NCBI GenBank assembly: GCA_002269645.1
Contig: NIVC01002607.1
Location: 11,967-75,966, forward strand
Direction of reading: 5' to 3'
Origin: Macrostomum lignano
Taxonomy: Eukaryota
DNA length: 64,000 nt
The notes beneath the pieces are model-generated. The model had not been told where the DNA came from, did no database searches, and worked only from the letters and a program-made list of their open reading frames with translations. This document shows positions 13,601 to 25,600 of the stretch, piece after piece (positions within the stretch are counted from its first letter, which is position 1; the number at the start of each line of letters is the position of its first letter). A program made the position numbers and the translations under genes.

Positions 13601-16600
13601 TCAGCTGGGACAAGTGCAGCTCCGACTAGCCAGGACACTTCGAAAGTCAAAACCACTTTGGAAGATCCAGGTGAGACACCAGTCAGATTTTGAGTTGAAT
13701 TACAAATTTCTTACTTCAGTAGAGTAACTTCACCCTGGTCTTTGATCTGTCATTATCAAATCACTTATCTTGCCTTTGTGTCATAAAAGATCCTGTAGTT
13801 TTAGCGAGATACGTATCATCTCCTGCGTCTACAATGCCCTGCTGTCTAAATTTCCCCAGCTGTGTACAATTCCCCCAGCTCTCTACAATTCCCCAGCTGT
13901 CTACGATTTCTCCAGATCTCTACAATTCCCCAGCTGTCTACGATTTCTTTAGATCTCTACAATTCCCCAGCTGTCTACAACTCCCCAGCTGTCTACAATT
14001 TCCCAGCTGTCTTCAAATGCCCCGCTGTCTACAATTCTCCACCTCTCTACAGTTTCCCAGCTGTCTACAATTATTAAAGCTGTTTACAATCCCCCATCTG
14101 TATTTAATTGCCTTGCTGTTTAAAATTCACCAGCTGTCTACAATTCCCCAACTGTCTACAATCCCCCCAACTTTCTACTGTTCCCCAATATGTGTACAAA
14201 CAGTCACTCCAAAATACTTTGCACTTTAGCTTGTGCTCATGCTCAGCTGCATTCAAGATATAACTGCCACTTTTCAGCTGGGACAAATGCAGCTCCGACT
14301 AGCCAGGACACTTCGAAAGTCAAAACCACTTTGGAAGATCCAGGTGAGACACCAGTTAGATTTTGAGTTGAATTACAAATTTCTTACTTCAGTAGAGTAA
14401 CTTCACCCTGGTCTTTGATCTGTCATTATCAAATCACTAATCTTGCCTTTGTGTCATAAAAGATCCTGTAGTTTTAGCGAGATACGGATCATCTCCTGCG
14501 TCTACAATGCCCTGCTGTCTAAATTTCCCCAGCTGTGTACAATTCCTCCAGCTCTCTACAATTCCCCAGCTGTCTACGATTTCTCCAGATCTCTACAATT
14601 CCCCAGCTGTCTACGATTTCTCCAGCTCTCTACAATTCCCAGCTGTCAACGATTTCTCCAGCTCTGTACAATTCCCCAGCTGTCTACAACTCCCCAGCTG
14701 TCTACAATTTTCCAGCTGTCTTCAAATGCTCTGCTGTCTTTAATTTCTTAGCTGTCTTTAATTACTCTGCTGTCTATAATTTCCCCAACCGCGTCTTTAA
14801 TTGCCATGCTCTCTACAATTTCCTACCTGTCTACAATTCCCTAGCTGTCTACAATTTTCCAGCTGTCCACAATTTCCCAGCTGACTTTAATTGCCATCCT
14901 GTCTACAACTTCCCAGCTGTCTGCAATTCCCCAGCTGTCTACAATTTCCCAGCTGTCTTTAATTCCCCAGCTGTCTACAATTTCCCATCTGTCTTTAATT
15001 GCCCTGCTGTCTACAATTTTCCAGCTGTCTTTAATTGCCATCCTGTCTACAATTTCCCAGCTGTCTTTAATTGCCATCCTGTCTACAATTCCCCAGTTTT
15101 CTAAAATTCCCCAGCTGTCTACAATTTCCCAGCTGTCTTTAATTGCCATCCTGTCTACAATTTCCCAGCTGTCTGCAATTCCCCAGCTGTCTAAAATTCC
15201 CCTGCTGTCTACATTTCCCCAGCCGTCTTTAATTACCCTGCTGTCTACATTTCCCCAGCCGTCTTTAATTGCCCTGCTGTCTACATTTCCCCAGCCGTCT
15301 TTAATTGCCCTGCTGTCTACATTTCCCCAGCCGTCTTTAATTGCCCTGCTGTCTACATTTCCCCAGCCGTCTTTAATTGCCCTGCTGTCTACATTTCCCC
15401 AGCCCTCTTTAATTGCCCTGCTGTCTACATTTCCCCAGCCGTCTTTAATTGCCCTGCTGTCTACATTTCCCCAGCCGTCTTTAATTGCCCAGCTGTCTAC
15501 AATTCTCCACCTCTCTACAGTTTCCCAGCTGTCTACAATTATTAAAGCTGTTTACAATCCCCCATCTGTATTTAATTGCCTTGCTGTTTAAAATTCACCA
15601 GCTGTCTACAATTCCCCAACTGTCTACAATTTCCCAGCTGTCTGCAATTCCCCAGCTGTCTAAAATTTCCCAGCTGTCTAAAATTCCCCAGCTGTCCAAA
15701 ATTCCCCACCTGTCTTTAATTGCCCTGCTGTCTACATTTCCCCAGCCGTCTTTAATTGCCCTGCTGTCTACATTTCCCCAGCCGTCTTTAATTGCCCTGC
15801 TGTCTACATTTCCCCAGCCGTCTTTAATTGCCCAGCTGTCTAGAATTCTCCACCTCTCTACAGTTTCCCAGCTGTCTACAATTATTAAAGCTGTTTACAA
15901 TCCCCCATCTGTATTTAATTGCCTTGCTGTTTAAAATTCACCAGCTGTCTACAATTCCCCAACTGTCTACAATCCCCCCAACTTTCTACTGTTCCCCAAT
16001 ATGTGTACAAACATTCACTCCAAAATACTTTGCACTTTAGTTTGTGCTCATGCTCAGCTGCATTCAAGATATAACTGCCACTTTTCAGCTGGGACAAGTG
16101 CAGCTCCGACTAGCCAGGACACTTCGAAAGTCAAAACCACTTTGGAAGATCCAGGTGAGACACCAGTCAGATTTTGAGTTGAATTACAAATTTCTTACTT
16201 CAGTAGAGTAACTTCACCCTGGTCTTTGATCTGTCATTATCAAATCACTTATCTTGCCTTTGTGTCATAAAAGATCCTGTAGTTTTAGCGAGATACGTAT
16301 CATCTCCTGCGTCTACAATGCCCTGCTGTCTAAATTTCCCCAGCTGTGTACAATTCCCCCAGCTCTCTACAATTCCCCAGCTGTCTACGATTTCTCCAGA
16401 TCTCTACAATTCCCCAGCTGTCTACGATTTCTTTAGATCTCTACAATTCCCCAGCTGTCTACAACTCCCCAGCTGTCTACAATTTCCCAGCTGTCTTCAA
16501 ATGCCCCGCTGTCTACAATTCTCCACCTCTCTACAGTTTCCCAGCTGTCTACAATTATTAAAGCTGTTTACAATCCCCCATCTGTATTTAATTGCCTTGC

Positions 16601-19600
16601 TGTTTAAAATTCACCAGCTGTCTACAATTCCCCAACTGTCTACAATCCCCCCAACTTTCTACTGTTCCCCAATATGTGTACAAACAGTCACTCCAAAATA
16701 CTTTGCACTTTAGCTTGTGCTCATGCTCAGCTGCATTCAAGATATAACTGCCACTTTTCAGCTGGGACAAATGCAGCTCCGACTAGCCAGGACACTTCGA
16801 AAGTCAAAACCACTTTGGAAGATCCAGGTGAGACACCAGTTAGATTTTGAGTTGAATTACAAATTTCTTACTTCAGTAGAGTAACTTCACCCTGGTCTTT
16901 GATCTGTCATTATCAAATCACTTATCTTGCCTTTGTGTCATAAAAGATCCTGTAGTTTTAGCGAGATACGTATCATCTCCTGCGTCTACAATGCCCTGCT
17001 GTCTAAATTTCCCCAGCTGTGTACAATTCCCCCAGCTCTCTACAATTCCCCAGCTGTCTACAATTTCTTTGCTGTCTTTAATTGCCCTTCTGTCTACATT
17101 TCTCCACCTGTTTTTAATTGCTCTGCTGTTTACAATTTTCCAGCTGTTTACAATTCCCCACCTGTCTACGATTCCCCAGCTCTCTACAATTCCCCACCTG
17201 TCTACGATTCCCCAGCTCTCTACAATTCCCCAGCTGTCTACAATTCCCCAGCTGTCTACAATTCCCCAGCTGTCTTTAATTGACCAGCTGTCTACAATTT
17301 TCCAGCTGTCCACAATTTCCCAGCTGACTTTAATTGCCATCCTGTCTACAATTTCCCAGCTGTCTGTAATTCCCCAGCTGTCTACAATTTCCCAGCTGTC
17401 TTTAATTGCCGTGCTGTCTACAAGTCCCCAGCTGTCTTTAATTGACCTGCTGTCTACAATTTCCCAGCTGTCTTTAATTGCCATCCTGTCTACAATTTCC
17501 CAGCTGTCTGCAATTCCCCAGCTGTCTAAAATTCCCCAGCTGTCTAAAATTCCCCAGCTGTCTAAAATTCCCCACCTGTCTTTAATTGCCCTGCTGTCTA
17601 CATTTCCCCAGCCGTCTTTAATTGTCCTGCTGTCTACATTTCCCCAGCCGTCTTTAATTGCCCTGCTGTCTAAATTTCCCCAGCCGTCTTTAATTGCCCT
17701 GCTGTCTACATTTCCCCAGCCCTCTTTAATTGCCCTGCTGTCTACATTTCCCCAGCCGTCTTTAATTGCCCTGCTGTCTACATTTCCCCAGCCGTCTTTA
17801 ATTGCCCTGCTGTCTACATTTCTCCACTTGTCTTAAACTGCCCTGCTGTTTAAAATTCACCAGCTGTTTACATTTCCTCAACTGTCTACTATCCCCCCAA
17901 CTTTCTACTGTTCCCCAATATGTGTACAAACATTCACTCCAAAATACTTTGCACTTTAGCTTGTGCTCATGCTCAGCTGCATTCAAGATATAACTGCCAC
18001 TTTTCAGCTGGGACAAATGCAGCTCCGACTAGCCAGGAGACTTCGAAAGTCAAAACCACTTTGGAAGATCCAGGTGAGACACCAGTTAGATTTTGAGTTG
18101 AATTACAAATTTCTTACTTCAGTAGAGTAACTTCACCCTGGTCTTTGATCTGTCATTATCAAATCACTAATCTTGCCTTTGTGTCATAAAAGATCCTGTA
18201 GTTTTAGCGAGATACGGATCATCTCCTGCGTCTACAATGCCCTGCTGTCTAAATTTCCCCAGCTGTGTACAATTCCCCCAGCTCTCTACAATTCCCAAGC
18301 TGTCTACGATTTCTCCAGCTCTCTACAATTCCCCAGCTGTCAACGATTTCTCCAGCTCTCTACAATTCCCCAGCTGTCTACAACTCCCCAGCTGTCTACA
18401 ATTTCCCAGCTGTCTTCAAATGCCCCGCTGTCTTTAATTTCTTAGCTGTCTTTAATTACTCTGCTGTCTACAATTTCCCCAGCCGCGTCTTTAATTGCCA
18501 TGCTCTCTACAATTTCCCCAGCCGCGTCTTTAATTGCCATGCTCTCTACAATTTCTTACCTGTCTTTAATTGACCTGCTGTCTACAATTCCCCAGCAGTA
18601 TACAATTTCCCACCTGTCTACAATTTCCTAGCTGTCTACAATTTCCCAGCTGTCTTTAATTGCCATCCTGTCTACAATTTCCCAGCTGTCTGCAATTCCC
18701 CAGCTGTCTAAAATTCCCCTGCTGTCTACATTTCCAAAGCCGTCTTTAATTACCCTGCTGTCTACATTTCCCCAGCCGTCTTTAATTGCCCTGCTGTCTA
18801 CATTTCCCCAGCCGTCTTTAATTGCCCTGCTGTCTACATTTCCCCAGCCGTCTTTAATTGCCCTGCTGTCTACATTTCCCCAGCCGTCTTTAATTGCCCT
18901 GCTGTCTACATTTCTCCACTTGTCTTAAACTGCCCTGCTGTTTAAAATTCACCAGCTGTCTACAATTCCCCAACTGTCTACAATCCCCCCAACTTTCTAC
19001 TGTTCCCCAATATGTGTACAAACATTCACTCCAAAATACTTTGCACTTTAGCTTGTGCTCATGCTCAGCTGCATTCAAGATATAACTGCCACTTTTCAGC
19101 TGGGACAAATGCAGCTCCGACTAGCCAGGAGACTTCGAAAGTCAAAACCACTTTGGAAGATCCAGGTGAGACACCAGTTAGATTTTGAGTTGAATTACAA
19201 ATTTCTTACTTCAGTAGAGTAACTTCACCCTGGTCTTTGATCTGTCATTATCAAATCACTTATCTTGCCTTTGTGTCATAAAAGATCCTGTAGTTTTAGC
19301 GAGATACGTATCATCTCCTGCGTCTACAATGCCCTGCTGTCTAAATTTCCCCAGCTGTGTACAATTCCCCCAGCTCTCTACAATTCCCCAGCTGTCTACG
19401 ATTTCTCCAGATCTCTACAATTCCCCAGCTGTCTACGATTTCTCCAGATCTCTACAATTCCCCAGCTGTCAACGATTTCTCCAGCTCTCTACAATTCCCC
19501 AGCTGTCTACAACTCCCCAGCTGTCTACAATTTCCCAGCTGTCTTCAAATGCCCTGCTGTCTTTAATTTCTTAGCTGTCGTTAATTACTCTGCTGTCTAC

Positions 19601-22600
19601 AATTTTCCAGCTGTCTACAATTTCCCCAGCCGCGTCTGTAATTGCCATGCTCTCTACAATTTCCTACCTGTCTTTAATTGCCCTTCTGTCTACAATTCCC
19701 CACCTGTTTTCTAATTGCTGTGCTGTCTACAATTCCTCAGGTGTCTACAATTCCCCAGCTGTCTACAATTCCCCAACTGTCTACAATCATCCCAACTATC
19801 TACCGTTTTCCAAATTGTGTACAAACATTCACTCCAAAATACTTTGCACTTTAGCTTGTGCTCATGCTCAGCTGCATTCAAGATATAACTGTCACTTTTC
19901 AGCTGGGACAAGTGCAGCTCCAAGTAGCCAGGAGACTTTGAATGGCAAAAGCGCTCCGGAAGATCCAGGTGAGACACCAGTTAGATTTTGAGTTGAATTA
20001 CAATTTTTTTACTTACCCCGGCTGCAGCGTTGATTTTAGACTGCAAAATCAGCTCAGTGTGTCAGAAAAGTTTCCTCAGTATGTCAGAACAGTTTCCTCA
20101 GTATTTCTTGCTTCATTAGTGTCATTAAGCTGGTATATAAACTGACACTATCAAACCATTTCAATTGTCTTCATGTCATAAATTATCCCAGTTTGAAACA
20201 GATGCATTTTCTTCAGCATGTCAAGACATGTCCTTGTCCATGTCATGACAGTTTTGCATTAGCAGATCTTATACTTAATTGCTCGCATGTACCCCGTAGC
20301 TGATGCAAATCGCTATCATCAAACTCTGCTCAGTTTTGGTTTAATTGTCCCCAACATTTTCAGTCCAATCTTTCAATGGTATTGGCTGCTATCTCATAAC
20401 CAATAAAGTGAATAATGAAGTGAAACTGGAAATGAAGCAAAATATTAAAATGTCGCACCGCGTTTGCGCTCTTGAGTGTGCCAGGAAAAGTCCCTTAAAG
20501 AGATACAAATACTTCGGCCTCGCCAATGGTGACAACTGCCTGTGTGCATCGGAACTGCCTAGGAACTCAAGTATAGTCGATAACCCTGAAGTCCATTGTT
20601 CGTATCGCTGCCCAGGAAATCACCTGCAATCGTGCGGTGGCGAGAATGCAGCAGCCTATTTTAGCGTCAGCGCAACACTGTCTTCTATGAGAAAAGGTAA
20701 TTAGATTGATTGACACAGAGCTAAGGCTGCTTATATTAGTGATGTTCTCAAGTAAAGTCCAAGTACAAATTTACCATTTCAGATAAATTCGAGCAGGGAG
20801 CGAAGGTCTATCCGGTTATTCCAGGTGAGTGACTACTGAATTCTTTCAGTCAAATTCTATGTTTAAGGGTCTGCTTACATTGATTGTCATCTTTCCACCA
20901 TCCAAGCGGCTCTGTCTCTCGTGCATCTCATTCAGTTCTTTGTAGTCAAGCGTCTTGTGTTTATCATCGGTCTCTGGGTGGTCGTTAGTCTTCTGCCTCA
21001 TCACATAAATAATTATAATTTTAGTATACCCGCAACTGTACCTTATTCATACACATGGACTTGTGCTCAACCGTTATTTATTTTCATTTTCAGCTTCAGT
21101 TTTTCCGGAATGCTACGATAACCAACATGACTTGACAAAGGTGTTGCAAAGTATTGTGATGTCGCACCTTGTTTGCGCCTCCGAGTGTGTGAGGCGTGAT
21201 CTCTACGGGAAAAAATTCAAATATTTCGCTATCACCGACTTCGACACTTGCTTCTGTGCATCGACATTACCCACTTTAACGGAGAAAACAAAAAATTCCT
21301 ATTGTTCGTATCGGTGCCCAGGAAATCACAATCAGTCATGCGGGGGAGACCACAAGATAGCGTATTTCAACCTGAGCACAACAACTGTTCCTCCAAAAAA
21401 AGGCAAGAATTTTGTCATATTACTCCCTGTGCATGAGCTGCTTCTGTTTCGAATGGAAACTGCTTTTCACAAACTGCTTACAATTTCCAAAGATGCTCTT
21501 CATGTCCAGCTGTCTACAATTCCACAGCTGCCTACAATTTCACAGCTGTCTACAATTCTCCCGCTGTCTACAATTCCCCAGCTGTCTACGATTCCCCGGC
21601 AGTCTACAATTCCCAGCTATATTCAATTACCCAGCTGTCAATTCCCCAGCTACAATTCCCCAACTGTCTACAATTCCCTCGGTGTCTACATTTTCATAGC
21701 TGTCTACAATTCCCCAGCTGTCTACAATTCCCCAGCTGTCTACGATTACCCGGCAGTCTACGATTCCCCGGCAGTCTACAATTCCCTAGCTGTCTACAAT
21801 TCTCCAGCTGTCTACGATTCCCCGGCAGTCTACAATTCCCTAGCTGTCTACAATTCTCCAGCTGTCTACAACTACCCAGCTATCTACAATTCCCAGCTAT
21901 CTACAATTACCCAGTTGTCAATTCCCCAGCTACAATTCCCCAACTGTCTACAATTTCCTCGCTGTCTACATTTTCATAGCTGTCTACAATTCCCCAGCTG
22001 TCTACAATTCCCCAGCTGTCTACGATTACCCGGCAGTCTACGATTCCCCGGCAGTCTACAATTCCCTAGCTGTCTACAATTCTCCAGCTGTCTACTATTC
22101 CCCGGCAGTCTACAATTCCCTAGCTGTCTACAATTCTCCAGCTGTCTACGATTCCCCGACAGTCTACAATTCCCTAGCTGTCTACAATTCCCCAGCTGTC
22201 TACGATTCCCCGGCAGTCTACAATTCCCTAGCTGTCTACAATTCCCTAGCTGTCTACAATTCTCCAACTGTCTACGATTCCCCTGCAGTCTACAATTCCC
22301 CAGCTGTCTACAATTCTCCAGCTGTCTACGATTCCCCGACAGTCTACAATTCCCTAGCTGTCTACAATTCTCTAGCTGTCTACGATTCCCCGACAGTCTA
22401 CAATTCCCTAGCTGTCTACAATTCTCCAGCTGTCTACGATTCCCCGGCAGTCTACAATTCGTTAGCTGCCTGTTTCGATTCAAATAAAAATCTAAAATAG
22501 TTTTTCTGGCATTCCAATGACTCTCATCCAGTTAAGGTCATCGAAATGTTTGAGTTCATTTCTTAGATTTATTTCACTGGCCAGAAGCACCGTATCGGTT

Positions 22601-25600
22601 CACTTAAAATCACCCCAGCTTGATCAAACTTTCTCGAAAAATTTTATATTCTCAAATTTTCTATTATTCAGATACATACGAGCAGGGACCGTGGGTCACT
22701 CCAATTTTACCGGGTAAGTTTCCATCTGAATATTTCCGCTGTTTAAGCTGCTCTTACTTAAATTAATTAGTTTTAACCATTTCAGAAAACATATCGATGG
22801 CAGCCTGCGCTGTGAACATGATGATGGAAAATTCAGATGTGGTGTCTACTCGAAGAGGGATTCCATTTGAAACTTGCGCTCGAGGGTGTATCAATGTCGA
22901 TCTTTACGACAATTACAAATATTTTTTCATTCGCGACGATAAAGAATGCGTTTGTGCACCCGAGCTTCCAGAATACTCGGATATTTATCCGGACAGTGAC
23001 TGTAAAGGAAGGTGTCCTCGTATAAAAGGATCACTCGAATTTTGCGGAAATCAAGATTTTTTGGCATTTTTCAATCTTATTCGACAAAAACCAGGCAAGT
23101 ATTCGGTGACAGCTCCGGCTTTTACGATAAACATTTGCAGCTCCTTTTTAATCCTACATTCTAAAGCATGTACTCAACTTGCTAGTATCCATGCTAGTAT
23201 CGAGTAATTACAAACTCACTTCAACCTCCGCACCACTCAGACCAGTCCAAGTCGAATCTGCCAACTCCGGATCAGCAAAAACAAAGTGAGAGAACAGATT
23301 CAAAGTTTTAATTATGAATAATATTCTTCAGCTCAAAGTAAAAGTAATTATAACCACACTGCAACGTCCGCACCACGCAGGCCAGCCCGAATCGGTTCCG
23401 GCAACTCCGGATCCCAGAGCGCAGAGCGTCACACAAAATCCAAGTGAGAACTGCATGTCAGAACAGTTCCCTCAGCATGTCAGAACAGTTCCCTCAGCAT
23501 GTCAGAACAGTTCCCTCAGCATGTCAGAACAGTTCTCTCAGCATGTCAGAACAGTTCCCTCAGCATGTCAGAACAGTTCCCTCAGCATGTCAGAACAGTT
23601 CCCTCAGCATATCAGAACAGTTCCCTCAGCATGTCAGAACAGTTCCCTCAGCATGTCAGAATAATTCCCCCAGCATGTCAGAACAGTTCCCTCAGCATGT
23701 CAGAATAATTCCCCCAGCATGTCAGAACAGTTCCCTCAGCATGCCAGACTAATTCCCCCAGCATACCAGAACAGTTCCCTCAGCATGCCAGACTAATTCC
23801 CCCAGCATACCAGAACAGTTCCCTCAGCATGCCAGACTAATTCCCCCAGCATACCAGAACAGTTTCCTCAGCATGTCAGAACAGTTCCCCAGCATACCAG
23901 AATAATTCCCTCAGCATACCAGAACAGTTCCCTCAGCATGTAAGAAAAGCCCCTACTCCTATATTGATGTAATGCTTTTCATGAAACATTGGACCACTTT
24001 TCCCCAACGGTTGCAGGAGATCCCATAGGATGCTATTCAATATACCAAGGCTATCCGATGGCAAAGCTGGAACTAGTAAATAAAGAAAAAATGTCGCACC
24101 GCGTTTGCGCTTTCGAGTGTCGCAAGAAAAATGCCTTGAAGAAATTCAAATACTTCAGCCTCGCCTTCGGTGACAGCTGCCTGTGTGCATCGGAACTGCC
24201 CCACGACTCGTACAGGCTGAGTATCGAGAAAGATTGTTCGATCCGCTGCCCAGCAAGTCACATGGAGTCGTGCGGTGGAGAAAGTGGAGCGGCGTATTTC
24301 AGCCTGAGCACAATAACCAACTCGCCGAACTTTGGTAAGCTGTTGGCAAATTCGATTGGAAACTGAGACTGTTGAAGGCCACTTGCCAATTCTTGATCTT
24401 CTTGCAATTTACCTTACGATTTCAGATAAATTCGAGCAGGGAGCGAAGGTCTATCCGGTTATTCCAGGTGAGTTAAACTTGAAGCTTGTCAGTCGCATAA
24501 TCTGTCTCATTACAATTAACTATTATAATCTTATGCGGATCTCATCCGCATGCACTTGTGCTCACTTGTTATTCATTTTCATTTTTAGCTTCAGATTCTC
24601 TGAAATGCTACGAAAATCGTTATGAATTGACAAAGGTGTTGCAAAGCGATGATGAGATGTCACACCTTGTTTGCGCCTCCGAGTGTGTGAGGCGTGATCT
24701 CTACGGGAAAAAATTCAAATATTTCGCCATCGCTAACGGTGACCGCTGCTTTTGCGAATCGGAACTACCTCCGGCGAAGTATAAAAGAAAACTCAACGAA
24801 AAATGTTCATATCGATGTCCGCGAAATGACAAGCAGTCATGCGGTGGTCCCGGGGGAATTGTGTATTTTAAACTGGAAATCACGAATACTCCTCCGGAAT
24901 CAGGCAAGTGTTCGGTCACGTCACCGCCTGTGCATGAGCTGATGCTGACTTGAATTCAAACCAATTTGATTCTTTTCCGTTAAAAGCCGTTTGCCCATTC
25001 GCTAATTCTCAATCGATCAGCCCCAATTCACCGTATGCTCACCTGCCTAAAATTCTCCCAAACATCTACAATGCCCTCAGCCATCGATTCACCCAGCTCT
25101 CTTACAATTCTCACAGCTATCTGATATTCACCCAGCAGTATATAATCGCCCCAGCTGTCTACAGTTACTTAGCAATGAGGAAGTTTTGATCTCAGCTAAG
25201 AGCATCCAGCTTTTCTCCCTGGTTTCACTTCCATCTGACTTGAAAATCCGATCGAGCTGTTGTATAATGTTTTCTACTGAGTTCACCCATGACGTCACCT
25301 TTTCAGACAAAAAGAAGCAAGGAGCGAAGGTCTATCCAGCTATTCCTAGTGAGTTTACTATTTCCGTCTATTCTGATTCATCTTCTGTAGTTTAATATTT
25401 CTGCATGTTTTTATCAGCCACAACACTTGCTTGTGCACTTGTTTTTACCTGCAATGCATTTGATTTCAAATGTTTTAGATTCCTCATTTGAATGTTACAT
25501 CGATGAATATTTAGCTAAACCCAAACTAAAATCTGATAATATGTCGCACCTCATTTGCGCTACCGAGTGTGTGAGGCGTGATCTCTACGGCAGATTCAAA

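Noticed and set aside
8144-19991. Dozens of ORFs such as LQFPSC, VYNSPA and DSWEIV repeats
   Set aside because: Translations of minisatellite units in several overlapping frames; only the embedded 66-nt modules have splice signals.
21063-22487. 474-aa ORF appearing to fuse a WSC domain to a long repetitive tail
   Set aside because: It reads through the GC donor at 21403 into the 18-bp minisatellite, whose plus-strand frames are largely stop-free (LSTIPQ / VYNSPA / CLQFPS); an open frame is expected without selection.
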